A DNA stretch of 34,246 nucleotides from an uncultured virus (IMG/VR IMGVR_UViG_2061766007_000575). Taxonomy: Duplodnaviria; Heunggongvirae; Uroviricota; Caudoviricetes. Both the position numbers and the translations under genes were made by a program. The stretch lies in IMG/VR virus record IMGVR_UViG_2061766007_000575. The stretch is one strand, 5' to 3'. This document shows, piece after piece, positions 1-9,405 of this stretch (positions are counted from its first letter, which is position 1; every line of letters starts with the position of its first letter). Under the pieces are notes generated by a model, which worked only from the letters and a program-made list of their open reading frames with translations, had not been told where the DNA came from and searched no databases.

Positions 1-645
1 CCTGAGGCAGAAGAGATGCACGCTGGCGCTGTGGGTATGTTAAAGGGGAATCCAAATATTAGTGTTTTAACTACCTATGCCGATGTTGAAGCGATAGTTT
101 CTAAAACTTCATCTGATACAGCGCACAATAATATTGAAAAAATGTTACAGACTGTTTATAATAACGCTGGAACAAGTAGTCAATTATTTGCGTCAACTGG
201 TAGTTCAACTTTAGAGTCCTCTATTAAAAATGATATGGCATTAATGATGGTTTTTGCCAATAAATTTGCCACTTTTGTCACTAATTTAGTCAATAAACTT
301 TATTCAAATTCTAATATAAACTTCAAGTATTCAATACTCCCAATTAGTTATTATAATGAAAAGGATTATACGGATACTTCCTTTAAAACTGCAAGTTCTG
401 GTTATAGTTTAATACTGCCGGCGCTTGCTATGGGAATTAACCAAAAAGATTTAATTAACTTAAAAGACTTAGAAAATGATGTTTTGAACCTGAGAGAAAA
501 ATTAATTCCACCAGAATCTTCTTACACTCAAAGTGCAAGTGAAAATCCGGTTGGAAGGCCAAGTAAGACGGAGGAAGAAAAGTCTCCAAAAACTTTGGCG
601 AATGAAAAATCATTAGACAATCAAGCTCAAGGAGGCTCTGATTAA
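1..645 (+). CDS. Portal protein, C-terminal part (5' truncated by the window)
   Basis: Frame is open from base 1 (PEAEEM...). It lies directly upstream of the protease/scaffold and capsid genes. The C-terminal 'LIPPESSYTQS...VGRPSK' tail is typical of SPbeta YonE-like portals. Confidence 0.75.
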   Translation, partial: PEAEEMHAGAVGMLKGNPNISVLTTYADVEAIVSKTSSDTAHNNIEKMLQTVYNNAGTSSQLFASTGSSTLESSIKNDMALMMVFANKFATFVTNLVNKLYSNSNINFKYSILPISYYNEKDYTDTSFKTASSGYSLILPALAMGINQKDLINLKDLENDVLNLREKLIPPESSYTQSASENPVGRPSKTEEEKSPKTLANEKSLDNQAQGGSD

Positions 646-647
646 GG

Positions 648-2000
648 ATGGATAAATTAATTAGAGAATTCCCCGTGACTGTCTATGGTAACTTAACCAA
701 ATATTCTGAGACAATTTCGAAAGCCAGATGCAGAATATTTTATAGGGGCGCGAATAGAAATGGTACTTATATTACTGATGAGTTTGCTGAAAAGTTACTC
801 AGTACCATTTCCTACTCTCCTGTAAAAGGTATTTTTGAGGAGTCAGAAAATGATTTTACTGACCACGGCACAGAACGGAGTCTCGGTCGCATCTATGGTG
901 TTGTGCCAGAGTCTCCAAATTTTGCTTGGGAAACTTTTTTAGATGAAGATGGCGTTGAACGCGAATATGCTTGTGTAGATGTTCTTCTTTACACAAGCCT
1001 TTATAAAGAAGCACAAGATATTCCTGGCAAATCTCAGTCTATGGAACTTTATGCTCCTTCTATAAAAGGCAATTGGGAAATTGTTGAGGGTAAGAAACTT
1101 TTTAAATATACGGATGGATGTTTTTTAGGATTACAAGTTTTAGGTGATACGGTTGAGCCTTGCTTCGAAGGCGCCGCCTTCTTCACCTTATACGAAGCTT
1201 TTGTCAGAATGACGAAAGAGTTAGAGAAATTTGGTTATACGTTATCAAAGGATAGAGAAGAAGGAGGATTATTAGAAATGAAGGTTAACTTCAAACTTTC
1301 AGATGCTCAAAAGCACGATGGCCTCTTTTCTCTGTTAAATGAGCAATACAACGAAGAGAATGGCTGGATGATTACCTATGCCATTTGCGATGTTTATGAT
1401 GAGTATGCAGTTTGCTATAACTATGAAGCTCAACAGTTTGAGAGAGTTTATTACACAAAGGATGATGCGACTGACTCTCTGACTCTGGGTGATAGAATTC
1501 GTTGCTATATTGTTGATGTAACAGAAAAAGAAAAAATCGCGCTTGAGGCATTACAGGCTTTAAATGGCGGCAATTTTGAGCTTGTTGATGAGAAATATGC
1601 AAAAATTGCCGAATATGAGCAGAAAATTGAAGAGCTGGATTCTTCTGTTTCTACTTTAGAACAGGAAAAGGGTGAACTTTCCTCTCTCTTAGAAGAGACA
1701 CAAGCCACTCTTACTTCCGTAGAAGAGGAGAATGCTTCGTTAAATTCTTATAAGAAAGAAATTGAAACTGCTGAAAAGATGAGGGTCATTGATTCTTATG
1801 CTAATTTACTTGCAGAAGATATTCTTGACAGTTTCAAAGAAAAGGTTGATGAATATACTGCAATCGAATTAGACAAAGAACTGGCTTATTCTTTAAAGCA
1901 AAACAATTTTTCTGCTTTCCAGAAAGAAGAGTTTCAGGTTATCCCCAAGGACAACCCGTTAACTGGTATTGAAGCTATTTTATCTAAATATAAAAAATAA
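648..2000 (+). CDS. Prohead protease / scaffold fusion
   Basis: N-terminal domain has 'GANRNG', 'DFTDHG' (His) and 'KSQSMEL' (Ser), as in HK97/herpes-like maturation proteases. C-terminal part is an acidic coiled coil. Located between portal and capsid; GGAGG RBS. Confidence 0.8.
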   Translation: MDKLIREFPVTVYGNLTKYSETISKARCRIFYRGANRNGTYITDEFAEKLLSTISYSPVKGIFEESENDFTDHGTERSLGRIYGVVPESPNFAWETFLDEDGVEREYACVDVLLYTSLYKEAQDIPGKSQSMELYAPSIKGNWEIVEGKKLFKYTDGCFLGLQVLGDTVEPCFEGAAFFTLYEAFVRMTKELEKFGYTLSKDREEGGLLEMKVNFKLSDAQKHDGLFSLLNEQYNEENGWMITYAICDVYDEYAVCYNYEAQQFERVYYTKDDATDSLTLGDRIRCYIVDVTEKEKIALEALQALNGGNFELVDEKYAKIAEYEQKIEELDSSVSTLEQEKGELSSLLEETQATLTSVEEENASLNSYKKEIETAEKMRVIDSYANLLAEDILDSFKEKVDEYTAIELDKELAYSLKQNNFSAFQKEEFQVIPKDNPLTGIEAILSKYKK

Positions 2001-2014
2001 TGGAGGAATAAAAA

Positions 2015-2590
2015 ATGGCTATTAATAGATTAGCGAAAGACGGCTATGGTCAGTTAGAGCTGAACCAGGTTGCCTTCCGTAGAGATGGCCGCATCGAGGC
2101 ACAATGCGCCTTAGATGCTACCGCTTTTGCGTCTGTTCCTGCTGAGAATGGTATGGTTCTTTGCGTTGATAATGTTAATCGCGTAATTAAGCTCCCGACC
2201 TCTGCTAACATGGCGCTGTATCCGATTGCGCTCAATTATTCTGCTGAGCATCTGTATGATGAGCGCGCTCTTGGTTTAAAGAACTTTAAGCTTGGCATTA
2301 ACGATGGTTTTTATCCTCGTTTAGGTTATCTGGCTGTTGGTGATAAGTTCACTACTAACACCATCTGCTATGATACTTCTGATTTTGCTGATGATGATGC
2401 TGTTAAGGCTGCTTATGCTGCTATTGCTACCACTCCGCTTTATGCTGTTCCTTATCAGGATGGCTATTGGCAGTTAGTTGATACTCAGCCGCAATCTGGT
2501 CCGTACTGCGCAGTTGTTACTGGTACTGGCGCTGGCTCTATGCCTGATGGTCAGTATGCTATTAAGCTGCAAGTTTATGCGACCCACTAA
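2015..2590 (+). CDS. Putative head decoration / capsid-associated protein
   Basis: 191 aa with 'AENGMVL' and 'LAVGDKFTTN' motifs. Immediately upstream of the major capsid gene (YonC-like position), with the same high-expression codon bias. Confidence 0.6.
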   Translation: MAINRLAKDGYGQLELNQVAFRRDGRIEAQCALDATAFASVPAENGMVLCVDNVNRVIKLPTSANMALYPIALNYSAEHLYDERALGLKNFKLGINDGFYPRLGYLAVGDKFTTNTICYDTSDFADDDAVKAAYAAIATTPLYAVPYQDGYWQLVDTQPQSGPYCAVVTGTGAGSMPDGQYAIKLQVYATH

Positions 2591-2613
2591 TTTTTGAGAA
2601 GGAGGTAAAAATA

Positions 2614-3645
2614 ATGGCTACATTTGCTGAATTAAAAGAATTAGCTCTGCATGCTGCTAAGGGTACTGCGCCCGCCACCTTCTCTGTGGAAGATGTCAAT
2701 GCCGCATTACGTGATGGCTTTAAAGAGCTTGCTGGTAATTACAACCAGTTCATGAAGAATCGTTATGATATTTATCAAATTATAATTGAGACCGTTGATG
2801 AAGTTGTTCCTAATCGTGTATCTGACGCTGTTGGCATTTTTGCTGATGTTCGTCAAGCTGCTCAGGGCGAGAAAGTTATCTTCAAGCAGGCTGTTGGCAA
2901 ACAGCGCGCGAAGAAGTTCTTAACCCGCGTTGGTCTGTCTGGTGTTTATGAGACATTCCGTCTTGACCAGACCACTTTTGAGCTGCCTGTTTATGCGATC
3001 GGTGGCGCTTGCACCCTCGACTTTGAGCGTATGCTTGATGGCGCTGAGGTTATGAGCGAGTACATGGACGTTATGACTGATGCTCTGACCGATTCTATTT
3101 ATCTTGAGATCCAAAAGACTCTGCGCGCTGCTGTTAACACCATTCAGCCGACTGCTAACAAGTATGTTGGTTCTTGGAATGCTGATCAGATGGTTCGTCT
3201 TTGCAACATTGTTAAGTCCTATGGCCAGGGCGCCACAATCTTTGCGCCTCCCGAGTTCATCGCGGCTATGGGTCCTGATGCAATCGTTCCTGTGTCTGCT
3301 GTTGGCCAGGGCGTCTATCATCCGCAGGATATTGATAGAATTCACTATCAGGGTTACATCAACATTTTCCGTGGCAACCCGATTGTTTCTTTCCGTCAGT
3401 CTTATGTTGATGATGAGAATACAAAGGTTGCTATCGATCCGCAGTTTGCTTACATTCTGCCGACCGGCGGCGAGCGTGTTGTAAAGGTTGTCCTTGAAGG
3501 CCAGACCCAAATCTGGGATTGGAAGAACAAGGATCAGTCTATGGAGATTGATCTCTACAAGAAAGTTGGTGTTGGTATTCTCTCTACCCGTAACTGGGCT
3601 ATTTATCAGAATACTGGTATCACCGCTCCTCTGTATGGTGGCTAA
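2614..3645 (+). CDS. Major capsid protein (HK97 fold, inferred)
   Basis: 343 aa, strong AAGGAGGT RBS, biased codon usage, followed by a strong terminator; canonical position in the head module. Confidence 0.85.
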   Translation: MATFAELKELALHAAKGTAPATFSVEDVNAALRDGFKELAGNYNQFMKNRYDIYQIIIETVDEVVPNRVSDAVGIFADVRQAAQGEKVIFKQAVGKQRAKKFLTRVGLSGVYETFRLDQTTFELPVYAIGGACTLDFERMLDGAEVMSEYMDVMTDALTDSIYLEIQKTLRAAVNTIQPTANKYVGSWNADQMVRLCNIVKSYGQGATIFAPPEFIAAMGPDAIVPVSAVGQGVYHPQDIDRIHYQGYINIFRGNPIVSFRQSYVDDENTKVAIDPQFAYILPTGGERVVKVVLEGQTQIWDWKNKDQSMEIDLYKKVGVGILSTRNWAIYQNTGITAPLYGG

Positions 3646-3669
3646 GTCCTACGGTATATAAGTGAAATT

Positions 3670-3698
3670 GGGGAAGGGGTTTTCCCCTTCCCCTTTTT
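3670..3698 (+). terminator. Rho-independent terminator after the capsid gene
   Basis: GGGGAAGGGG-TTTT-CCCCTTCCCC followed by TTTTT. Confidence 0.9.
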
Positions 3699-3738
3699 GA
3701 AATAAAAAAAATTTTTTGAGTGAAAAGGAGTAATTAAA

Positions 3739-4227
3739 ATGGAAAACAAACAAGTTGAATTAGTAAGCACTATTAATGCTTATGTTGGTATTGATGTCCC
3801 AGATTTACATCTGAAGAGACTGTGGGAGCGTAAGGGCGCGAAGAAGTCTATTCCGCTTGATGTCCTGCGCGAAGCTATTTATGATCCGAGTGTTGAGTAT
3901 CTTCTGCGCGAAGGTATTCTCTATATTGAAGATTTAGACACGAAAATTGAATTAGGTCTAGAGGATGAGAGTGCCAAGGAACCTGGCGCGCAACTTAACA
4001 TTCAACTCTTAAAAGAAGAGGAAATGAACCGTCTTTTAACTGTTGTGCCTATTTATGACTTTAAGGCTAAAGTTAATGATTTAAAGAAAGAACAGGTTCA
4101 AGCTTTAGTTGACTATGCAATTACGCATGAGATTACTAACTTTGAAAAGTGTGAATATTTAAAGGAGCTTACTGGACACGATATTATTCGTACTGTTCAG
4201 TTGAATCATGACGAAAAGGAGGATTAA
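3739..4227 (+). CDS. Conserved head-module hypothetical protein (YonA-like position)
   Basis: 162 aa ORF with AAGGAG RBS, directly after the capsid terminator. Confidence 0.6.
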   Translation: MENKQVELVSTINAYVGIDVPDLHLKRLWERKGAKKSIPLDVLREAIYDPSVEYLLREGILYIEDLDTKIELGLEDESAKEPGAQLNIQLLKEEEMNRLLTVVPIYDFKAKVNDLKKEQVQALVDYAITHEITNFEKCEYLKELTGHDIIRTVQLNHDEKED

Positions 4228-4229
4228 CA

Positions 4230-4658
4230 ATGACTCCTTATTGGAAGGTTTACGACGCTTTCTTGGCTAAGACTTTGGAAGATGAATGGGGTCAATGGAT
4301 GCCGGAAGAAACAGAAGCCGATTTACGAGTAATTTTAGAAGGCGCCATACCTTATTTTAAGTTCCCTAGAACTAGTTTAGAAAGAGATGCGGAAGGATTT
4401 GTAAATGATTTAACTCCTCAGGAGATTCAAATTCTTTCCGTTTATATGAAGTGTGAATGGTTAAATAGATCAATAATGACATGGGAGAATGTAAAACCAT
4501 TGTATGAAGAAAGGGACTTCTCTCAAGCTAATTTATTAGATAAGTTAAAAAGTACTCTTGAATACGAACGGACTAATGCCGCGCGCATGGAAGACTTTTA
4601 TTATCGTTCTATAGATGGGAAATCTTATAAATATAGTCAATTAGCAGGTTCTAAATGA
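4230..4658 (+). CDS. Putative head-tail adaptor/connector
   Basis: 142 aa, helical; 'MTPYWKVYDAFL...FVNDLTPQEIQILS...DFSQANLL' resembles SPbeta-type adaptor proteins; position. Confidence 0.6.
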   Translation: MTPYWKVYDAFLAKTLEDEWGQWMPEETEADLRVILEGAIPYFKFPRTSLERDAEGFVNDLTPQEIQILSVYMKCEWLNRSIMTWENVKPLYEERDFSQANLLDKLKSTLEYERTNAARMEDFYYRSIDGKSYKYSQLAGSK

Positions 4659-4927
4659 TGAGTGAGTATATTTCTTCTGTAAAAGAAGGATATAATAATA
4701 AATTAAGAAATAAACTGTTCGGGCTACTTTGTGAATTTGAAAAAGGGCGCGAATGGGAGAAGTTTCTTGATTCAATTCTAATTGAATTAATGGGATTTCC
4801 CGAAGAAGAAAAAACAATTAACTATTTCACACTTTGTCATAAATTATCTACTTTAAGATATTTAAAGTATGAATATTTTCGTTCAACAATTTTTGATTGT
4901 ATGGATTTATTAGGCAAGGAGGGATAA
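4655..4927 (+). CDS. Hypothetical protein (neck region)
   Basis: 90 aa ORF with ATGA overlap on the upstream stop. Confidence 0.6.
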   Translation: MMSEYISSVKEGYNNKLRNKLFGLLCEFEKGREWEKFLDSILIELMGFPEEEKTINYFTLCHKLSTLRYLKYEYFRSTIFDCMDLLGKEG

Positions 4928-4929
4928 CT

Positions 4930-5673
4930 TTGGCTGATAAACCTCCAATTGGGTACTATGATATTTATTTAAAAAGATTAAATAGATATGGGTTGAATTA
5001 TCAAGAAAGGACTCAAAAGAAGCGTGAACGTGAGTTTGAAGATTACATGCTCAAAAGCGTTTATTTAATTGATTTTGATTATTGTTGTGAAAATCACCCA
5101 GGTACCTTTGAAAGATATAAACAAGATGAAACCGAAACTTTGCATTATCTTTTAACGAGAGTCGACCTTAATATGCCGGCCGGCACTGTTCTTATGTTAC
5201 CAGATAAAGATGATATAAGACGCCCATGGATGGTTTGGTATATTGAGAGAATTAAAGCTAGTGGATATAACCGTTATATCATGTTAAGAATGACTCATTT
5301 TCTTACTTGGAAAGATCGTAGTGGTGAGACAAGAAAATCTTGGGCATATATGTATGGTCAAGAAAATAATATGTTAAAAGATGAATTGCAATCGCGCAGT
5401 CGTATGGATACAAGATATACGGAAAATTTGAAACTAAGTTTCTTTGTTATGCCAACGACACCCTATATCCGTAAAGATGATTATTTAGAAGTTGGAAAAG
5501 GCTTATTACAAGAATCTTATCGTGTTACTGGTTATGATATTCAATCTACTGAAGGAGTTGAATATGTAAGCGTCGATCCAATTTATAAATATGACTTGAC
5601 ACCGCCGCCAGAAGAGCAGCCTGGAGATAATCCAGAAGACTTCTATTGGCTTAATGGAGGTGGCACAGAGTAA
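4930..5673 (+). CDS. Putative head closure / neck protein
   Basis: Likely TTG start at 4930 behind a GGAGGG RBS (ORF track starts at 4897); beta-rich; position in the neck cluster. Confidence 0.55.
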   Translation: MADKPPIGYYDIYLKRLNRYGLNYQERTQKKREREFEDYMLKSVYLIDFDYCCENHPGTFERYKQDETETLHYLLTRVDLNMPAGTVLMLPDKDDIRRPWMVWYIERIKASGYNRYIMLRMTHFLTWKDRSGETRKSWAYMYGQENNMLKDELQSRSRMDTRYTENLKLSFFVMPTTPYIRKDDYLEVGKGLLQESYRVTGYDIQSTEGVEYVSVDPIYKYDLTPPPEEQPGDNPEDFYWLNGGGTE

Positions 5674-6170
5674 TGGGAGTTAGAAACTGTCGAGATATAG
5701 GAGAGAATCTTCAGAAGATTTGTAAAAGATTGATGGCTAATGATAAGTTAGTAAATCTTTTATATTTTACAGATAAAGATCCTATTAATCATGAGCCACT
5801 TACAGAAGATAAAAAGAAGGAATTTATCTTTGAGAAACTTATAAAAATTGTGCCTCGACTTGGCGCGGAAGAAAAAGAGCTTGCAACTTCAATAATCTCA
5901 ATTCGTGTAGTGCGTGGACGACAAAATAGTGAAAATTCAGAGTTTAAAGATATGATAATTGAAATTGAGACTTTTGTTCCTTTAACTCAATGGATTATTA
6001 AAGATTCTAATTTGCGTCCTTTTGCTATAATGGGTGAGGTTCAAGAAAGTCTTAATGGAAAAACAATTAATGGTTTAGGCAAAATGGTTGGCGGAGATTT
6101 TGATTTACAATTTTTATCTGAAGAAATATCTTGTTATGTACAGATGTTTTATATAACCAGTTATGAGTGA
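5673..6170 (+). CDS. Putative tail terminator / neck protein
   Basis: 165 aa; 'RPFAIMGEVQESLNGKTINGLG' C-terminal motif; located upstream of the tail tube region. Confidence 0.5.
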   Translation: MGVRNCRDIGENLQKICKRLMANDKLVNLLYFTDKDPINHEPLTEDKKKEFIFEKLIKIVPRLGAEEKELATSIISIRVVRGRQNSENSEFKDMIIEIETFVPLTQWIIKDSNLRPFAIMGEVQESLNGKTINGLGKMVGGDFDLQFLSEEISCYVQMFYITSYE

Positions 6171-7317
6171 TGCTGCAACTTTTCTTTGTTTACCAAAGGA
6201 TTTTAAGCAAAAGTTTTTAATATATCCGCCAACNNNNNNNNNNCAGAACTCTGAAAATTCAGAATTCAAAGATATGATTATTGAAATTGAGACTTTTGTT
6301 CCTTTAACGCAATGGATTATTAAGGATTCTAATTTGCGTCCTTTTGCTATAATGGGTGAGATTCAAGAAAGTCTNNNNNNNNNNCTTATCTGAAGAAATA
6401 TCTTGTTATGTACAGATGTTTTATATAACTAGTTANNNNNNNNNNGGTTAAGCAAGTAGTCGGCAATCCTAAATTTAATCAATATAGGGCGCTTTTAACG
6501 CTTTCACAAGAAGAGTTAGAAGACGTTTTTATAAAGAATAATAAACAAAAAGGATTTAACGACTATGATAAATTTAAAGTACCTACTCCTTTTGAGTATT
6601 TTATGGCTAANNNNNNNNNNAGTTAAGCAAGTAGTCGGTAATCCTAAATTTAATCAATATAGAGCGCTTTTAACACTTTCGCAAGAAGAGTTAGAAGATG
6701 TTTTTATAAAGAATAATAAACAAAAAGGATTCAATGACTATGATAAATTTAAAGTACCTACTCCTTTTGAGTATTTTATGGCTAATAGCTATCACAATAA
6801 AGAAGTTGAGGAAATTGCTAAAGAAGCTTTTTACTTCTTTACTAAACAAACAATTAGTTTTCTTTATGAAGAAGGTTTAATTTTAATTGGTGATTTAGAG
6901 GATGAACTGAAAAGAGTTGGAAAGCATTTAGATGCCCTAGTTTTTCTTACTGCTGATGAATTTTTTGAATTTCAAAATGCAATTAGAGAGAGTTTGGGAG
7001 AAGATAAGATTGAGCCTCCTGATCCAACTCTTCATCCGAAAATTAGAAGAATGAAGGCTTTAGCGCGTTATAGAGATAAAATAAAGGCAAAAAAAGGAAT
7101 GGGAATAACTTTAGAAACTACTTTGGTTTCAATTTGTTGTATGGGAATAGGAATTACTCCACTTAATATTGGAGAGTTAAGCTATGCGTCTCTTTCTACA
7201 TTAATGCGGTCTTATCAAGAAAAAGAAAAGTACGAAATTGATGTTAGGAGTCTACAAGCAGGCGCGGATGCTAAAAAAGTAAAACCAAAATATTGGATTA
7301 GAAATTTAGATAAATAA
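6163..7317 (+). CDS. Conserved tail-module protein (~255 aa), interrupted by scaffold gaps and duplicated fragments
   Basis: Joining 6163-6233 to 6621-7317 gives a continuous frame (..IYPPTVKQVVGNPKF..), 768 nt. The intervening pieces are allelic duplicates. Confidence 0.65.
6244..6610. repeat. Allelic duplicate fragments between N gaps (assembly artefact)
   Basis: 6244-6374 repeats ~5921-6051, 6385-6435 repeats ~6113-6163, and 6446-6610 repeats ~6621-6785, with mostly synonymous SNPs. Confidence 0.85.
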
Positions 7318-7335
7318 ATTAGGAGGCTATAAAGA

Positions 7336-8494
7336 ATGAATATTCTTGATAGATATGGCATTAAAGAGGTCGCCGACGTTACCTTCTATGAAATTAATAA
7401 TGATGGTAGTCCGAAGCTTCCTGTCTTATATCTGGATACTTTAAAGGTTACTACTATTGAGCAAACAGCTGAAGAGACTGAGGCTCGTGGTGGTAAAGGT
7501 AATGCCGCTCTGATAGCTTGGGACTATGGTAAAGAAATTAATGTTACCATTGAGGATGCTCTGTTCTCTGCAAAGTCCATGGCTATTATGTTTGGTAATG
7601 GTGCAGTTGTTCCTTATAGTGGTGAAAGTGCTTATATTATGAAAACTGAGCAATTTACCGCTACTGATAATGGTACAATTGCTGATGATGCTAATGCAGA
7701 TATTCTTGGCTGGAAAATTAAGTATATTGCTCCAGATGGTAAAGAATATACTAAGCTTAACCCAAAATTCTTCACTGCTGAGGGTAAAAAGTTAGAAGAT
7801 ACTTATGTAGTAGATACTACTGTTACTGCAACTAATTTTGCCGATAAGAAAGCTAATTTATATACAAAGAGTGGAGATACTTATACTTCCGCTTCAAGTG
7901 CTACTTATAGTGCTTCTGAGACTTATTATTTAAAAGTTAATGCTATTAAAGGACAAACTTATTTCTGTTCTTATGACTTATTAGTTGATGGTGCTGTTAT
8001 TGAAGTTTCTGCTAATAGTTTCCCAGGTACCTATTATGTAACTGGTGACACTTTTGCTCGTTCTGAGGCTTCTGGTAAGGATGAGTTCTTCCAGTTTATT
8101 ATTCCTAAGGCAAAGGTTCAGTCTGAGAACACTATNNNNNNNNNNCGACTTATTAGTTGATGGTGCTGTTATTGAAGTTTCTGCCAATAGTTTCCCAGGT
8201 ACCTATTATGTAACTGGTGATACTTTTGCTCGTTCTGAGGCTTCTGGTAAGGATGAATTCTTCCAGTTTATTATTCCTAAGGCAAAGGTTCAGTCTGAGA
8301 ACACTATAACTCTTGAGGCCGAAGGTGATCCTTCTGTTTTCAATATGAACCTGAAGGTTCTGCGTCCTGCTGATGGTATTATGATGAAGCTTGTTAAATA
8401 TGATCTGCTTAATGGTACCGATGCTACTACAACTCAAAGTGAGATGTATCATAACCATTACTTAGACGTTGCTAATGTTCCTGCTGGTAACTAA
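7336..8494 (+). CDS. Major tail tube protein (~328 aa after removing the duplicate 8146-8307)
   Basis: 'YGIKEVADVTFY', 'ARGGKGNAALIAWD' and 'IIPKAKVQSENTITLEAEGDPSVFNM' are typical of SPbeta YomU-like tube proteins. Joining 7336-8135 to 8308-8494 is in frame. Followed by a terminator. Confidence 0.8.
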
Positions 8495-8508
8495 TTAACT
8501 AAATAATC

Positions 8509-8550
8509 AAAAAAAGGGTGGATGGCCGGCGCTATCCACCTTTTTCTTTT
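8509..8550 (+). terminator. Rho-independent terminator after the tail tube gene
   Basis: GGTGGATGGC-CGGC-GCTATCCACC then TTTTTCTTTT; A-tract upstream. Confidence 0.85.
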
Positions 8551-8561
8551 AGGAGGCTAAA

Positions 8562-9347
8562 ATGGAAAACGAATTCTCTCTTAAAGAATTGTATGATGTC
8601 TTCTTAAAAACTACTTATCCTATGGAGATTGCTGGAAAACAATTCCAAGAAGGAGAAACGCTTTGTGTTTTTGATAAAATTCAAATTGCACAATTTAATG
8701 AAAAGAAAACAATAATCACCGCACATGGTGGTTTTGAAGATAGAGATAGAGTTGTTTGGGAAGCTACAAAAGAAGTTCAACTGGACTTCGCACAAGGAAT
8801 TTTTAATCATTTACAGTTTGCGCTTTTAGTTAATGCTCAATTAATTTATACTGCGCCACAGTCTTCAATTAAGATTCCAATTCAAGAAATTTTAGAAAGT
8901 AATGAAAATAGTCAAATAACTCTTTCAAAAACCCCTTGTGGTAGTCCTTTCTTTTATAAAAAGGATACGGGTGAAAAAGTTCAATTAATTTTAGTTGAGG
9001 AAAATACGTATACGGCGCCGGAGGCATATAAAGAATATATTTGTAATTATTATTATGATTACAATGATGGCGCACAGTTCGTAACAATTGGAAATCAATT
9101 AATTAATGGGTTCCTTCGTTTAGAAGGAAAAACGCGAGTAAAGGATGATATTACAGGCAAAACAAGGACCGGAATTATAGAGATTCCAAAATTAAAATTA
9201 GTGTCTGGTTTATCTATGAGGTTGGGGAAAAATGCGAATCCTGTTGTGGCAAATTTTAGAACTTTAGCTTTGCCAGTTGGAACGGGTGGAAGAAGTACTG
9301 TAATTAATATCTTTTTCCTCAATGATGATGTGGATAGTGATATGTAA
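8562..9347 (+). CDS. Tail-tube paralog (minor tube-like protein)
   Basis: Collinear motif similarity to the 7336 protein: LKELYDV/IKEVADV, AHGG/ARGG, VVWEATKEV/IAWDYGKEI, IEIPKLK/FIIPKAK, NPVVANF/DPSVFNM. Confidence 0.6.
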   Translation: MENEFSLKELYDVFLKTTYPMEIAGKQFQEGETLCVFDKIQIAQFNEKKTIITAHGGFEDRDRVVWEATKEVQLDFAQGIFNHLQFALLVNAQLIYTAPQSSIKIPIQEILESNENSQITLSKTPCGSPFFYKKDTGEKVQLILVEENTYTAPEAYKEYICNYYYDYNDGAQFVTIGNQLINGFLRLEGKTRVKDDITGKTRTGIIEIPKLKLVSGLSMRLGKNANPVVANFRTLALPVGTGGRSTVINIFFLNDDVDSDM

Positions 9348-9350
9348 TAG

Positions 9351-9389
9351 AAATCAGCATTAATTTTAATGATTAATGCTGATTTTTTT
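9351..9389 (+). terminator. Hairpin/terminator before the tape measure gene
   Basis: AAATCAGCATTAAT-TTTAATG-ATTAATGCTGATTT plus T-tract. Confidence 0.7.
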
Positions 9390-9405
9390 ATTAGGAGGGA
9401 ATAAG

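Noticed and set aside
2920..3510. 196 aa antisense ORF and 126 aa alternate-frame ORF within the capsid gene
   Set aside because: Shadow ORFs expected from the biased codon usage of the capsid gene; no recognisable motifs.
5921..6785. Near-identical repeats as a diversity-generating retroelement TR/VR pair
   Set aside because: Differences are mostly synonymous and not adenine-specific, every copy abuts an N gap, and there is no reverse transcriptase in the window.
7981..8307. Programmed frameshift or internal duplication in the tail tube gene
   Set aside because: The frame change is caused by the N gap and the duplicate 8146-8307; removing them restores a single ORF.
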